Counted from the stretch's first letter, positions 17,030-28,669 are shown. The stretch is 46,685 bases of DNA from an uncultured delta proteobacterium (GCA_963736855.1 CAVTQK010000016.1:1-46685); one strand, 5' to 3'. Made by a program: numbers and translations. Notes: generated from the sequence alone by a model not told the origin.

Positions 17030-18919
17030 ATGAACGACTATGATGTTATCGTCGTGGGGGCCGGGCATGCCGGATGCGAGGCCGCCCTGGCCGCTGCCCG
17101 GATGGGGTGTCGCACCCTGTTGATGGCCATCGACCTGGACAAGGTGGCTGCCATGCCCTGCAGTCCTTCCATCGGCGGAACGGCCAAAGGGCAGCTGGTG
17201 AAAGAGATCGACGCCCTGGGCGGGGAAATGGCCCGGATCACGGACCGGACCGCCATCCAGTACCGCACCCTGAACACCAAAAAGGGGCCGGCCGTCCATT
17301 CCACCCGCACCCAGAATGACAAGAACCTTTATCACGTGGCCATGAAGGCCGTCGTGGAGGCCCAGCCCGGCCTGCAAATCCGGCAGGCCATGGTCGAAGC
17401 GCTCATTGTTGAGAAGAACCGAATATGCGGAGTCCGGGATAATACGGGGTTTGAATACCCGGCCAAAGCCTTAGTTCTGGCAACCGGGACTTTCTTGAGC
17501 GGCCTTATCCACATCGGATTTACCGCGATTCAGGCCGGCCGCGCCGGTGAATTTGCTTCCTACGCCCTTCCGGAGCATCTCAGGTCCCTGGGTTTTTCCA
17601 CAGGAAGGATGAAGACCGGAACACCGCCCCGGCTGAAAAGATCGAGCATCGACTTTTCCCGATTCACCCGCCACGACTCGGACCCGTCACCCGTTCCTTT
17701 CTCCTTTTTCAGCGATGAGGTCCGCCTCCCCCAGTTGCCTAGTTTCATCGGTCACACCAATCCCATAAGTCACCGGATCGTGCGTGACAACCTGAAGCGC
17801 AGCGCCCTGTACGGCGGCAGGATCCACGGCGTTTCGGCAAGATACTGCCCTTCCCTGGAAGACAAGGTGGTCCGTTTTTCAGAGAGGGATCAGCATCAGG
17901 TCATCCTGGAACCCGAGGGGCTTGACACTGACGAAGTCTACGCCAGCGGCCTGGGAAACAGCCTCCCCATAGAAGTCCAGGTCGAGCTTGTCCGATCCGT
18001 ACACGGCCTGGAAGAGGCGCAGATCGTCCGACCGGCCTATGCCATCGAGTATGACTACGTGAATCCCAATCAGCTCAAGCCGACCCTGGAGACCAAGCAG
18101 GTGGAGGGTCTATTCCTGGCCGGTCAGATCAACGGCACTTCGGGTTACGAGGAGGCGGCCGCCCAGGGGCTTTGGGCCGGCATCAATGCCGCCTTGAAAG
18201 TCCAAAAACAACCGCCCTTTGTACTGGACCGCTCCCAGGCTTACATGGGGGTCCTCGTGGACGACCTGGTTACCCGGGGGACCCTGGAACCTTACCGCAT
18301 GTTCACCTCACGGGCCGAGTATCGTCTGTTGCTCCGGGAAGACAACGCGGATCTGCGCCTGGTGGAAATCGGATGCGGCCTCGGCCTTCTGCCGGCCGAA
18401 GCGGCAAAAACGATCCGGGAAAGAAAGCAACAGATTGCCGAAGAAATCCGACGGATCAAGGCCGAGGTGATCAAGCCGTCGGCCGATGTGAACGCCTATC
18501 TGAAACGCCGGGGTTCTCTTCCGCTGACGGACGGGACCCGGCTGGACCAATTGCTGAAAAGACCCGGGCTGGATTATGATGTGGTATTGAACCTCTCCAG
18601 ACCGCCGACCCCAATACCCGAAAGGGTTTCCAAACAAGCAGAGATTGAAATCAAGTACGAAGGGTATATCCGCCGTCAGCTCAATGAAATCGAAAAATTC
18701 AAGAATCTGGAAGCCCAAAAAATCCCCGGCGATTTCGACTTTAAAAACGTCCATGGACTTTCAAACGAACTCAAGCAAAAACTTGCCGCCGTCATGCCGG
18801 TATCCCTTGGACAAGCCTCCCGGGTGGATGGAATGACCCCTTCTGCGCTGTCGGTATTGATGATCGCCATACGTGCCAGGAAGAGCGGCGATCCCTCCCG
18901 AGGGGCGCATTCGCCTTGA
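17030..18919 (+). CDS. mnmG: tRNA uridine-5-carboxymethylaminomethyl modification enzyme
   Basis: [48 protein letters not shown]. Confidence 0.98.
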   Translation: MNDYDVIVVGAGHAGCEAALAAARMGCRTLLMAIDLDKVAAMPCSPSIGGTAKGQLVKEIDALGGEMARITDRTAIQYRTLNTKKGPAVHSTRTQNDKNLYHVAMKAVVEAQPGLQIRQAMVEALIVEKNRICGVRDNTGFEYPAKALVLATGTFLSGLIHIGFTAIQAGRAGEFASYALPEHLRSLGFSTGRMKTGTPPRLKRSSIDFSRFTRHDSDPSPVPFSFFSDEVRLPQLPSFIGHTNPISHRIVRDNLKRSALYGGRIHGVSARYCPSLEDKVVRFSERDQHQVILEPEGLDTDEVYASGLGNSLPIEVQVELVRSVHGLEEAQIVRPAYAIEYDYVNPNQLKPTLETKQVEGLFLAGQINGTSGYEEAAAQGLWAGINAALKVQKQPPFVLDRSQAYMGVLVDDLVTRGTLEPYRMFTSRAEYRLLLREDNADLRLVEIGCGLGLLPAEAAKTIRERKQQIAEEIRRIKAEVIKPSADVNAYLKRRGSLPLTDGTRLDQLLKRPGLDYDVVLNLSRPPTPIPERVSKQAEIEIKYEGYIRRQLNEIEKFKNLEAQKIPGDFDFKNVHGLSNELKQKLAAVMPVSLGQASRVDGMTPSALSVLMIAIRARKSGDPSRGAHSP

Positions 18920-19030
18920 CAGATTATTCATTTTTCTTTAAGTTATAAATATATAAGCGATTTGAAAAACGCTCGGGAATCCCCTCGGATGCAATCCGTA
19001 AATAGGGAGAAGCACAAGAAACAATCCATC

Positions 19031-19948
19031 ATGCCGGATAAAGACTACTACCAGACTCTCGGTGTTTCCAAAGGGGCCTCTAAGGAAGAAGTCAAGAAAG
19101 CCTACCGGAAACTGGCCATGAAATACCATCCCGACCATGCCAAGGGTGACAAGTCCGCCGAGGAAAAATTCAAACACATCAGCGTAGCCTACGCCGTGCT
19201 CAGCGATGATGAAAAGCGTAAGCAGTATGATACATACGGATCCGCCGGATTCCAGCAGCGTTTTTCCCAGGAAGATATCTTCAGGGGGTTCGATTTCAGC
19301 GAAATTTTACGGGAATTCGGGCTGGGAGGGTCGTCGTTTTCCCGTGGCAGGGGCAGCGGGACGCGGTTTTCGTTCGGATCGGGATCCCCCTTCGACTTTC
19401 ATGGACACGCCCAAGAAAATCAGGCCAAGGGGCAGGATTTGATTTATGAGCTTCCCCTGACACCCCAGGAAGTGGCTACCGGTACCACCAAACGTATTTC
19501 CTTTCATCATGGCGGGGAAACCCGAAACCTGACGGTCAAGATCCCCAAAGGCATGATCAGCGGGAAGAAGCTTCGGCTCACCGGAAAAGGGGAGCCAGGC
19601 CCCTTCGGAGGCCCACCCGGGGATCTGTTCGTTCAATCCAAGGTGATGGAAGACCCGATGTTTTCCGTGGATGGATATGATCTCAGCATGAACTGGGAAA
19701 TTCGACTCAGCGAAGCCATGTTGGGGACCACCCTATCCATCCCCACCCTGGAAAAAAAGTCTCTTACCCTGACCGTCCCGCCGGGAACGCGACACAAGAC
19801 CCGGATGCGCCTGGCCGGTCATGGCCTGCCGCATATGAAAGGAAGCGGGAAAGGGGACTTGTATGTGAACCTCCTGGTAAACACCCCAAAAAAACTCACC
19901 GCCCAGCAGAAAAAACTGATTGAGGAATTGGCCAAATCCGGGTTGTAA
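19031..19948 (+). CDS. DnaJ-family chaperone lacking Zn finger (CbpA-like)
   Basis: J domain with HPD, G/F-rich linker, DnaJ C-terminal domain. Confidence 0.92.
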   Translation: MPDKDYYQTLGVSKGASKEEVKKAYRKLAMKYHPDHAKGDKSAEEKFKHISVAYAVLSDDEKRKQYDTYGSAGFQQRFSQEDIFRGFDFSEILREFGLGGSSFSRGRGSGTRFSFGSGSPFDFHGHAQENQAKGQDLIYELPLTPQEVATGTTKRISFHHGGETRNLTVKIPKGMISGKKLRLTGKGEPGPFGGPPGDLFVQSKVMEDPMFSVDGYDLSMNWEIRLSEAMLGTTLSIPTLEKKSLTLTVPPGTRHKTRMRLAGHGLPHMKGSGKGDLYVNLLVNTPKKLTAQQKKLIEELAKSGL

Positions 19949-19986
19949 TCCTAAAAAAAGGAACAAGGCCCATAAAGACCTGATAC

Positions 19987-20505
19987 ATGCCGGAATTGAT
20001 ACCCATTCTATCAAGAGACCGAATCCAGGACCTCGTTTCCGGTATGGCGACTCGAATTTCCCATGACTATCGAAATGGGGACCTCATTCTCATCGCGGTG
20101 CTCAAGGGGGCTTTTGTCTTCCTGGCGGACCTCATGCGGGCGCTGACCATTCCTGTCTGCATCGACTTTGTCCAAATCTCAAGCTACGGCGCCGGTATCG
20201 ATTCCTGTGAAAAGCCGTTTCTGAAAAAAAGAGTGGATGCGGATATACGGTTTAAGGATGTGCTGATCATCGAGGACATAGTGGATACGGGCTTGACAAT
20301 GGCCTTTCTCATAGATTATATAGGCACATTAGGGCCTAGAACAATCAAGACCTGTGCTTTTCTCGACAAATGGGAACGGCGTAAGGTTGAAATTCGTCTG
20401 GATTATGCCTGTCAAAAGGTTGAAAGCGGATTCCTTGTGGGATACGGGCTGGATTACGACGAAAACTACCGCGCTCTGCCGGAAATCTACCGTTTAACCG
20501 TATAG
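19987..20505 (+). CDS. hpt: Hypoxanthine phosphoribosyltransferase
   Basis: VLKGAFVFLADL, VLIIEDIVDTGLT, FLVGYGLDY. Confidence 0.96.
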   Translation: MPELIPILSRDRIQDLVSGMATRISHDYRNGDLILIAVLKGAFVFLADLMRALTIPVCIDFVQISSYGAGIDSCEKPFLKKRVDADIRFKDVLIIEDIVDTGLTMAFLIDYIGTLGPRTIKTCAFLDKWERRKVEIRLDYACQKVESGFLVGYGLDYDENYRALPEIYRLTV

Positions 20506-20521
20506 AAGGGGGAGAGGCACC

Positions 20522-22012
20522 ATGATCGTCACCTGCCAAAAATGCTCCAGCCGGTTTACTCTGGATGAAACCATCCTGAAACAGGAAGGGTCAAAGGTCC
20601 AATGCTCCAAATGCAAACACACCTTTACGGTCTTTCCACCATCTGCAAAACCATCGGCGGAAAAAGACGAGACGGATGAATTTTTAAAAGATTTTATGCC
20701 GAAAGATTCTGAACCTGCAACCGTCTCGGCCGATACCGAGGCCCCTCTTAAAGAACCCCACTACGATTTCGAAACACCAAATCCGGAAAAAGAACCGCCC
20801 TTTGACTTTAGCACCCTTGATCTTTCCGAAAAGCCGGGAACTGATCTCACCAAGGGCGATTTCGAATTCGTTTTGGAGGAAGATTCAGAAATCGACGGAG
20901 GCCTTTCATCAGCCCAACAATCCGGCGGCTCAGGAAGGGCCGATCTGGATATCAGCGAACTCGAAGAGATCTTCAAGATCGACACGGAGGCCAAGCCGGA
21001 AAAAGAACCGGGAGAAGCGCCGGAATTTCTCTTGGAGGAAGAACCTAAAAAACCGATCACCGAATTTGACATCGAAACCCTGAAAGAAACCTTTTTAGAA
21101 AGCGAAGAAAAAGAGATTCCGGCCGAAGCTCCAACCGAGGAGCACGAAACATTTGAAGCTTCTGCCGAGGCCGACGTCATCGATGAACTGGACCTCTCAG
21201 AGTTCAAGGAAGAAACCCCGGCCGGAACAGCAGTGCCCACAGCAAAGGCCCCGAAGGAAAAAGCCCCCACAGATGAATTTCAGATTGAATCCGAAGAGCC
21301 CCTCGAATTGGAAACCCAAGAAGCCGTTCCCACCGAAATCGGGGCAAAAGCAGATCGATTCGCCGGTATTGCCAAAGACCGCTTTGAAGAGGCGCCTCAG
21401 TTCATAGATCAAGAGGTCGAACTTCTCCCTGAGCCGGGGGAGATACCTCCGGAAACCTATTCGCTTACAGGAAAACCGAAACGAATCGGTTCATTTTTAT
21501 GGGGACTGTTGATTCTCGTTCTTATCGCAGGGGCCGGTTACAGCGCTTTTGTTCTGACAAACCGAATGGGCATTTCCATTCCCTTTCTGAGCGATTTTTT
21601 AAAGACCAAGGTCACGGATCCGGGAAACCTTCGGATTCAGATTTTAGATGTGGATGGTCACTTTATCACCAGTTCGGACCACGGAAAACGCTTCGTCATA
21701 TCAGGCAAAATCAAAAACGACTACGCCCAGGCCAGAAGAGATATCCAGATTACCGGCAACCTGCTTAAAAAAGGGCAACAGATCATCACCAGCAAAACGG
21801 TTTACAGCGGCAACCTGATCCCGGAAACCGACCTTGTCAAAATGGATATGGACGCCATCGATGCTCGCCTTTCCGGCCGGCCGGCCGGAGGTGTGGCTCA
21901 AACGAGTCTCAACCCCGGGCAGACAGGATCCTTTATGATCGTTTTCGGGAAACTGACCAAGGACCTGGAAGAATACAGCGTAACCGTGAATGACTCCCAG
22001 GCGATGAAATGA
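20522..22012 (+). CDS. MJ0042-type zinc-ribbon protein with acidic linker, TM helix and DUF3426-like C-terminal domain
   Basis: CQKC...KVQCSKCKHTF; long E/D/P-rich region; single TM helix. Confidence 0.82.
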   Translation: MIVTCQKCSSRFTLDETILKQEGSKVQCSKCKHTFTVFPPSAKPSAEKDETDEFLKDFMPKDSEPATVSADTEAPLKEPHYDFETPNPEKEPPFDFSTLDLSEKPGTDLTKGDFEFVLEEDSEIDGGLSSAQQSGGSGRADLDISELEEIFKIDTEAKPEKEPGEAPEFLLEEEPKKPITEFDIETLKETFLESEEKEIPAEAPTEEHETFEASAEADVIDELDLSEFKEETPAGTAVPTAKAPKEKAPTDEFQIESEEPLELETQEAVPTEIGAKADRFAGIAKDRFEEAPQFIDQEVELLPEPGEIPPETYSLTGKPKRIGSFLWGLLILVLIAGAGYSAFVLTNRMGISIPFLSDFLKTKVTDPGNLRIQILDVDGHFITSSDHGKRFVISGKIKNDYAQARRDIQITGNLLKKGQQIITSKTVYSGNLIPETDLVKMDMDAIDARLSGRPAGGVAQTSLNPGQTGSFMIVFGKLTKDLEEYSVTVNDSQAMK

Positions 22013-22067
22013 CGGTTTCGACTTGACTCTTTCTGAAATCCTCTGGTAAAAGCCCGTTGCCTTCTCT

Positions 22068-22144
22068 GGCGATGTAGCTCAGATGGTCAGAGCATGCGGC
22101 TCATATCCGCAGTGTCCGGGGTTCAAATCCCTGCATCGCCACCA
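22068..22144 (+). tRNA. tRNA with CAT anticodon (probably elongator Met)
   Basis: GGCGATG...CATCGCC-A-CCA acceptor, TGCGG-CTCATAT-CCGCA anticodon arm, GTTCAAATC T-loop; 77 nt. Confidence 0.95.
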
Positions 22145-22155
22145 GATAGAATCTA

Positions 22156-22187
22156 AAGCCGAACCTTCAAAAAGGGGCGGCTTTTTT
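22156..22187 (+). terminator. Probable terminator after tRNA
   Basis: AAAGCCG...CGGCTTTTTT imperfect stem with T-run. Confidence 0.55.
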
Positions 22188-22257
22188 ATTATCCCAGTCC
22201 CCGAACGGAACCGTAAGGGTAAAATCATTAAAAAGCCTTGAGGCCGGAAAGAAGCCA

Positions 22258-22665
22258 ATGAAAAACCGCATCTGCTCCATGTGCCTTTTTCTCCTGGGCG
22301 CCTGCTTTTCCTGTGCTTTCATTTCCTGCCAGCTTGCCCGGCCCGTCGGCGCGCCCATCGAATCCGTCAGAATCAATGACGGAGTCTATATGGGGAAAAG
22401 CCGCTCCGGTCCCAACAGTGCCACCGTTCGCGTGACTCTCAAGGACGGGAAAATTCAAGGCGTTGAGGTCCTCCAGCATTTTGCATCCTGGAAGGGCAAG
22501 ATCGTCGAAGAAACCATCCCCCGGCGAATTGTGTCGGAACAATCCACTCGTGTCGATGCAGTCTCCGGCGCCACCAACAGCAGCGTGGTCCTGATGAACG
22601 CCGTCCAGGATGCCATTCAAAAGGCTTCTCAACATTCTGAAAGTAAGGGGATGGATGAGAAATAG
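22258..22665 (+). CDS. FMN-binding domain lipoprotein
   Basis: DGVYMG, VDAVSGATNSS flavinylation motif. Confidence 0.88.
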   Translation: MKNRICSMCLFLLGACFSCAFISCQLARPVGAPIESVRINDGVYMGKSRSGPNSATVRVTLKDGKIQGVEVLQHFASWKGKIVEETIPRRIVSEQSTRVDAVSGATNSSVVLMNAVQDAIQKASQHSESKGMDEK

Positions 22666-22750
22666 AGTTGTTTTTGGAAGAAGATGGCGCTACACTTTTT
22701 TTGTTTTTTTATACTTACTGACGTTTGGACATGAGTGAAATAATTCATAC

Positions 22751-23731
22751 ATGGCCCTTTCATCCAAAGAAAAACTGAACCGCTTCTATCAGCAATTCCT
22801 GCCCAATGATCAGGCCCTGATCATTATTTTTGCGGATCCGGATGCCATTGCGTGTGCCATGGCCGTTAAAAGATTGTTGTGGCGGCGTGTAGCCGGCGTG
22901 ACGATATCTCATATCAACGTCATCGAAAGGCCGGATAACCTCGCCATGATCCGCCTGCTGAAAATTCCCATGGTCCATATCGATCGCATCAAGCTGGAAG
23001 TCTATTCCCGATTTGTCCTGGTGGACTCCCAGCCGGGGCACAACGCGCTCTTTCCCAAGATCCAGCCCCACGTCATCATCGACCATCATCCGGAAACAGA
23101 GACCAAGGCGCCTTTCATGGATATCCGCCCCCAGTACGGAGCCAGTGCGAGCATTCTCACCGAATACCTGCAGGCCGCGAAAATCAAACCCAGCACCAGG
23201 CTGGCCACCGCCCTGATTTATGCCGTCAAGATCGATACCGGCAATTTTGAGAGGAAAACCCTTCCGGAAGATCTCCGTGCCTTTCAATATCTTTTTAAGT
23301 ACGCCAATACCTCCCTGGCCCGCAAGATCGAACGGGCCTTTCTGAAGCTGGATTACCTGAAGTATTTTCGGGTGGCCCTGGAAAACAAACGCCTGAAAAA
23401 AGGCAAAATTTATACCCATCTTGGGCTAGTGACGAATGCGGATGTCTGTGTGCTCATCGCCGATTTTTTCATGGCAATCGACAAGGTGACCTGGAGTATC
23501 GTGTCCGGGCTATGGCAGGATAAACTGATCGTCATTTTCAGAAACGACGGGCTTCGGAAGGACGCGGGAAAAATCGCAAAGCGCAGCTTCGGCCAGATGG
23601 GGACCGCAGGCGGACACAAAAGCATGGCGCGGGCGGAAATACCGGTTGCCGCCCTGCAAGGGGGGCCCGACATGAAAATCGACACCAGGGTCCTTTCCTG
23701 GATTATTAAAAAGACCCAGGAGAGAAACTGA
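22751..23731 (+). CDS. DHH family phosphoesterase
   Basis: DPDA, LVD, IIDHH, GGH motifs. Confidence 0.9.
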   Translation: MALSSKEKLNRFYQQFLPNDQALIIIFADPDAIACAMAVKRLLWRRVAGVTISHINVIERPDNLAMIRLLKIPMVHIDRIKLEVYSRFVLVDSQPGHNALFPKIQPHVIIDHHPETETKAPFMDIRPQYGASASILTEYLQAAKIKPSTRLATALIYAVKIDTGNFERKTLPEDLRAFQYLFKYANTSLARKIERAFLKLDYLKYFRVALENKRLKKGKIYTHLGLVTNADVCVLIADFFMAIDKVTWSIVSGLWQDKLIVIFRNDGLRKDAGKIAKRSFGQMGTAGGHKSMARAEIPVAALQGGPDMKIDTRVLSWIIKKTQERN

Positions 23732-23734
23732 GCC

Positions 23735-24535
23735 TTGGCCCATCCAAAGCCGCATATTTCCATAACCATTTTGGGCTCCGGGACATGCGTCCCCTCGCTG
23801 AATCGAAGCGCATGCTCGGTTCTGGTGCGCATCGGAAACGATCGGATTCTTATGGATGCAGGACCCGGCACGATGCGCAGGCTTCTCGAAGCCGGCATGA
23901 CCATCTTTGAAATTACCCATCTCTTTTTAAGCCATTTCCATCCGGATCATTCCGGCGAACTCGTTCCGTTCCTTTTCGCCACCAAGTATCCGAATGTCAC
24001 TCAGCGAAAATTTCCATTGAAGATTTTAGCCGGGAAAGGTTTTTTAGATTTTTATACCGGTCTTAAGAAAGTATATGGAGACTGGGTGGCGCTTCCATCG
24101 GGCCTCTTAGAATTCATCGAACTGGACAATCAGGTTTTGGATACCCGGAAATTCGATGGCTTTACCGTGTCTTCGATGCCCATGGCCCACAACCCGGAAA
24201 GTATCGCGCTCAGGGTCGAAAGCCTGTCGGGTGTTTCAGTGGTGTATTCGGGAGACACGGACTACACGGAAAACCTGGTGTTGCTGGCCCAAGGCGCCGA
24301 TCTATTGATCTGCGAGTCGGCTCTCCCGGACGATCTGAAGGTAAAAGGGCATATGACCCCCTCCCTGGCCGGGGAGATCGCCCGAAAGGCCGGAGTTTCG
24401 ATGCTGGTTTTGACCCATCTCTATCCCGAATGCGACATGACCGATATCGAAAGGGAATGCCGGAAGACCTATTCCGGACCGTTGAAGACGGCCTACGACC
24501 TTATGATGATCAATCTGGATCCAAAATCGGCCTGA
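23735..24535 (+). CDS. MBL-fold hydrolase (RNase Z-like)
   Basis: ILGSG, SHFHPDH, YSGDT, GHMTP, LTHLY. Confidence 0.9.
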   Translation: MAHPKPHISITILGSGTCVPSLNRSACSVLVRIGNDRILMDAGPGTMRRLLEAGMTIFEITHLFLSHFHPDHSGELVPFLFATKYPNVTQRKFPLKILAGKGFLDFYTGLKKVYGDWVALPSGLLEFIELDNQVLDTRKFDGFTVSSMPMAHNPESIALRVESLSGVSVVYSGDTDYTENLVLLAQGADLLICESALPDDLKVKGHMTPSLAGEIARKAGVSMLVLTHLYPECDMTDIERECRKTYSGPLKTAYDLMMINLDPKSA

Positions 24536-24572
24536 ACATAGGCTGAAAGAGGCGTTTTTTTCAGGATCAACG

Positions 24573-25247
24573 ATGAAATACTATCCGGTCTATCTGGACA
24601 TCAAAAATAAGGCCTGCCTGGTGGTGGGGGGCGGCGATGTGGGGACCCGAAAGGTCAAAACCCTCCTGGAGTGCGGGGCGACGGCAACCGTGGTAAGCCC
24701 TGAGGCCACAACCGAGCTTCTCAAGCAGGCCGAATCCGGAGCCATATCCCTTAAGAGGCGCTTTTTCCGGACCGAAGACCTGGAGGGGATGTTTCTGGTT
24801 ATCGGCGCAACCGATGATGCCGACCTGAATCATCTTTTAAGCCGGGAAGCCTTCGCCCGCAACATGCTTTGCAACATCGCGGATCGGCCGGAGGCATGCA
24901 ATTTCATCCTCCCCTCCATCGTCAACCGGGGGGACCTGATCATCGCCATTTCCACCTCGGGTACAAGCCCGGCTTTTGCCAAAATACTCCGCAAGGAGCT
25001 TGAAAAGCGATTCGGACCGGAGTATGCGGATTTCCTGAGGATCATGGGGTACTTGCGAGCCAAGTTGCTCAAAACAGCCCATGCGCCGGAAGCCCATAAA
25101 AACCTGTTTGAAGCACTGATTCGAAGCGATCTTCTCCGCCGCGTTAAAAATAAGGACATCCCCCGGATCAATGAGGTTTTAAGACACCTGTTTGGAAAAG
25201 AATATGAAATCGATGCGCTGCCCGAGGAAAAGGATGGATCCGATTAG
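24573..25247 (+). CDS. Precorrin-2 dehydrogenase/sirohydrochlorin ferrochelatase (SirC/Met8-like)
   Basis: LVVGGGDVGTRK, CNIADRP, IAISTSGTSPA. Confidence 0.93.
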   Translation: MKYYPVYLDIKNKACLVVGGGDVGTRKVKTLLECGATATVVSPEATTELLKQAESGAISLKRRFFRTEDLEGMFLVIGATDDADLNHLLSREAFARNMLCNIADRPEACNFILPSIVNRGDLIIAISTSGTSPAFAKILRKELEKRFGPEYADFLRIMGYLRAKLLKTAHAPEAHKNLFEALIRSDLLRRVKNKDIPRINEVLRHLFGKEYEIDALPEEKDGSD

Positions 25248-25306
25248 CAGTTTTAATAAAGGTTCCATCCAACCGACGACCTCAACCGATTGGCCCAGGT
25301 GATCGC

Positions 25307-26128
25307 ATGGAAAACCTCTTCGCCGCCGTCATCTTTCTTTACCTGTTTAGTACGGCCTGTTACCTGGCGTACCTTTTTTTCCAAAAGGAATCTCTTCATC
25401 ATTTCGGCTATTATATTCTTTTGGCCGGGCTATTGTGCCACTCCGCCGGCATTATCACCATCTATATCCGGACAGGATTAATGCCTGTGCGCAATCTCTC
25501 CGAAACCTTGTCTTTATCGGCATGGGCGGTAGCCATCGTTTTTATCGCCGTCCGGCAGCGATTCAAATTAAAAATCCTGGGGATCTTTGCGGCTCCCGCC
25601 GCCCTGGCCCTCATGATCGCGGCATTCCAGTTTCCCCGGCACGCCGGTCCGACCAAGGAAATCTTTTCCAGTTTCTGGTTCGTCTTTCACGTGTTCAGCG
25701 TCTTCATCGGGAACGCGGCCTTTGCCCTGGCCTGCGGGGTCGGGATTTTATATCTGCTCCAGGAGCGCGCTATCAAGCAAAAGGCCCGGGGCTTTTTCTT
25801 CCGCCGCCTCCCGTCCTTGGAACGCCTCGACTCAGCGGGGTATGCCTGTATCGTGGTGGGGTTCACGTTTCTCACCGCAGGTCTCATCGCCGGCTTCATC
25901 TATGCCAAATCGGTCTGGGGACGGTTCTGGAGCTGGGATCCCAAGGAGGTCTGGTCCGCCATCACCTGGCTGGTATACGCAGCGCTTCTCCACGAGCGTC
26001 TTGCCGTGGGATGGCGGGGCCGACGCGCGGCCATCCTGTCCATCATCGGTTTTGCGGTGCTGCTCTTTACCTTTTTCGGTGTCAATTTTTTCTTGAAAGG
26101 CCACCATGGAGAGTTCACACGGTTTTAG
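25307..26128 (+). CDS. ccsA: Cytochrome c biogenesis protein (CcsA/CcsB family)
   Basis: WGRFWSWDPKEVW (WWD motif); upstream of hemA. Confidence 0.92.
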   Translation: MENLFAAVIFLYLFSTACYLAYLFFQKESLHHFGYYILLAGLLCHSAGIITIYIRTGLMPVRNLSETLSLSAWAVAIVFIAVRQRFKLKILGIFAAPAALALMIAAFQFPRHAGPTKEIFSSFWFVFHVFSVFIGNAAFALACGVGILYLLQERAIKQKARGFFFRRLPSLERLDSAGYACIVVGFTFLTAGLIAGFIYAKSVWGRFWSWDPKEVWSAITWLVYAALLHERLAVGWRGRRAAILSIIGFAVLLFTFFGVNFFLKGHHGEFTRF

Positions 26129-26176
26129 CTTCTTTTCTTTCATATCTAAAACACCGCGCGTTTTCAGCATCGATTA

Positions 26177-27481
26177 ATGATGGACGCGATAATCCCGAAA
26201 GGCCCCGCCCCCACCCCGGATATCCTTCTCGTCGGGCTCAATCACGAGACTGCCCCGGTGGAACTCCGCGAGTGTATCGCCTTATCCGAATCCGACGCGG
26301 AAGCCGGCCTTGAAAGCTTGAGCCAATCGCCGGATATCCGGGAAGTGATTCTATTATCTACCTGCAACCGGGTGGAGGTGCTGACGGTCACGGGAAATGC
26401 GGCCAAAGCCACAGAGCACATTAAAGATCTGCTTTTAAAAACCGGAGGAATCAAGCAGGCGACCTTGGAAAGCGTTTTATATACCCATTCGGGCGTTGCA
26501 GCGGTGCGCCATGTATTCCGGGTGGCCTCCAGTCTCGATTCCATGATGGTGGGAGAACCCCAGATCCTGGGGCAGATGAAGGCAGCCTATCGGACGGCAA
26601 CGATCAAGAATACCACCGGTGTGATTCTCAACCGTTTGCTGCACCGGGCGTTTTTTGTGGCCAAGCGGGTTCGGACAGAGACCGGAATCGGCGATCATGC
26701 GGTCTCCATCAGTTACGCCGCCATCGAACTGGCCAAGAAGATCTTCGATACTCTGGAGGGCAAAAAGGTCCTCCTGATCGGAGCCGGTGAAATGGCGGAG
26801 ATTGCGGTGGAGCATCTGGCGCGCAACCGGACCGGGACTATTTTTGTGGCGAACCGCACATTTGAAAGAGGGGTTGAACTCGCGCAAAGGTTCAAGGGAC
26901 AGGCGGTCCGGTTCGACGAGATCGAGGCCCTTCTCCTCGAGGTGGACATCATCATCAGCTCTACGGGTTCACCGGATATGGTGATCCGCCGCGAGCAGCT
27001 CAAAGGCGTCATCCGGGCACGGAGAAACCGACCCTTGTTTTTTATCGACATCGCCGTTCCCCGGGACATCGATCCTGCCATCAACCAGCTTCCCAATACC
27101 TACGTTTACGACATCGACGATTTAAAGGGGATCATCGAGGAAAACATGGACGACCGCCTTCGGGAAGCGGCCAAAGGGGAGCGGATCGTGGACGAGGCCG
27201 TCATAGGATTTCGACGTTGGTACGACAGCCTGGAAGTGATACCGACCGTGGTGGCGCTGAGAAACAAGATCGAAACCATCGTTAATGCGGAAATCGAAAA
27301 GACTCTGTCGGGGTTCGATGGCATCACCGAATCCCACCGTCAGGCCTTGCATCGGATGGCCTCGGCCATGGTAAACAAGATCCTCCATGATCCCACATTG
27401 TACTTAAAGGATCTGACCCGTTACGAGGCCAAGGCAATCACACTCGACATTACCCGAAAATTGTTTAAAATCGACGAATGA
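26177..27481 (+). CDS. hemA: Glutamyl-tRNA reductase
   Basis: LSTCNRVE, SLDSMMVGEPQILGQ, GAGEMA, DIAVPRD. Confidence 0.98.
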   Translation: MMDAIIPKGPAPTPDILLVGLNHETAPVELRECIALSESDAEAGLESLSQSPDIREVILLSTCNRVEVLTVTGNAAKATEHIKDLLLKTGGIKQATLESVLYTHSGVAAVRHVFRVASSLDSMMVGEPQILGQMKAAYRTATIKNTTGVILNRLLHRAFFVAKRVRTETGIGDHAVSISYAAIELAKKIFDTLEGKKVLLIGAGEMAEIAVEHLARNRTGTIFVANRTFERGVELAQRFKGQAVRFDEIEALLLEVDIIISSTGSPDMVIRREQLKGVIRARRNRPLFFIDIAVPRDIDPAINQLPNTYVYDIDDLKGIIEENMDDRLREAAKGERIVDEAVIGFRRWYDSLEVIPTVVALRNKIETIVNAEIEKTLSGFDGITESHRQALHRMASAMVNKILHDPTLYLKDLTRYEAKAITLDITRKLFKIDE

Positions 27482-27497
27482 TAGGAGGCTTTTTGTG

Positions 27498-28445
27498 ATG
27501 AAAACCGCGTTTTTATTTCCCGGTCAGGGCTCCCAGTACGTCGGCATGGGGCTCGACCTTTACCAGGAATTCGACTTTGTCAAAGAGATCTTCGATATGG
27601 CGGAAGAGACGGTTAAGATGAACCTGAAGGGATTATGCTTTAAAGGGCCCATGGAGGATTTGACCGAGACCGTCAATCTCCAGCCCGCCGTCACCGTCGT
27701 CAATCTGATTTGTCTGGCGGCCCTCGAACGGGAAGGAATCCAACCGGACGTTGCAGCCGGGCACAGTCTGGGAGAGTATAGCGCCCTTGCCGCATCCGGA
27801 ATTCTGTCCTGGCCGGACACCCTCCGGGCGGTTTTGAAACGGGGACACCTCATGCACCGGGAAGCCCGGAAACATCCGGGCGTCATGTGCGCCATTGTCG
27901 GCCTGCCAATTGATGTCGTTGCAAAAATCGTCGAAAAGGCAAAAAACGACGGGGTCGTTTCCGTTGCCAATCACAATACAGCCACCCAGATCGTCATCAG
28001 CGGCTCCCCAGCTCCAGTGCAACATGCCGCAGACGCAGCGGGCGCCCAGGGAGCTAGGGCCATTCCCCTCAAGGTCAGCGGCGCCTGGCACAGCGCGCTG
28101 ATCCGGGGAGCGGAGACGGAATTCGCCTCTTTCCTTCAAAGCCTTTCTTTCAGCGCACCGGAAAGACCGGTCATTTTCAATGTTACCGCGGATTTTTCCA
28201 GCAATCCCGAGGAAATCCGGTCCGTTTTAGCCCGGCAACTTTGCAGCCCGGTCCGATGGTATGACGCCATGGTCCGGCTGATCGAGGAAGGGGTGGAAGC
28301 ATTTGTGGAGGTGGGTCCAGGGAAGGTCCTTTCCGGAATCCAGAAAAAAATCGTTTCTAAAGATCATCCCGCCGCCGTTTTCAATGTATACGACTTAAAA
28401 AGCCTGGAGGGCTTTTTAGCAGCAGCTGCTAAGAGGATACATTAG
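27498..28445 (+). CDS. fabD: ACP S-malonyltransferase
   Basis: LFPGQGSQ, GHSLGE, VSGAWHS, EVGPG. Confidence 0.96.
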   Translation: MKTAFLFPGQGSQYVGMGLDLYQEFDFVKEIFDMAEETVKMNLKGLCFKGPMEDLTETVNLQPAVTVVNLICLAALEREGIQPDVAAGHSLGEYSALAASGILSWPDTLRAVLKRGHLMHREARKHPGVMCAIVGLPIDVVAKIVEKAKNDGVVSVANHNTATQIVISGSPAPVQHAADAAGAQGARAIPLKVSGAWHSALIRGAETEFASFLQSLSFSAPERPVIFNVTADFSSNPEEIRSVLARQLCSPVRWYDAMVRLIEEGVEAFVEVGPGKVLSGIQKKIVSKDHPAAVFNVYDLKSLEGFLAAAAKRIH

Positions 28446-28669
28446 TCGAGGGGTTCGACCCAGACGATAAATTGCTTATTGAGAATGAGTGTTTCGAGGT
28501 GGTTTTCCCGAAAATAAACGTCCTTCATAACGATGAAGGGATTGTCCTGTTTCGTGAAAATGTCGGACACCCGTTCCTTCATGGCGATATTGATCATTCC
28601 CTGGATGATCTCCCCGTCAGAGGTTCGGATCATCACTTTCCGATAATCGGGTTTATATCCTTTTTCCAT
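28442..28669 (-). CDS. Small conserved hypothetical protein (DUF6812-like)
   Basis: RVSDIFT...PFIVM...LILNKQFIVWVEP; GGAAG RBS. Confidence 0.7.
   Translation of the reverse strand: MEKGYKPDYRKVMIRTSDGEIIQGMINIAMKERVSDIFTKQDNPFIVMKDVYFRENHLETLILNKQFIVWVEPLD

Noticed and set aside
22068..22260. Island integrated at the tRNA-CAT
   Set aside because: No integrase nearby and no duplicate of its 3' end; the 7260 fragment has a different acceptor sequence.
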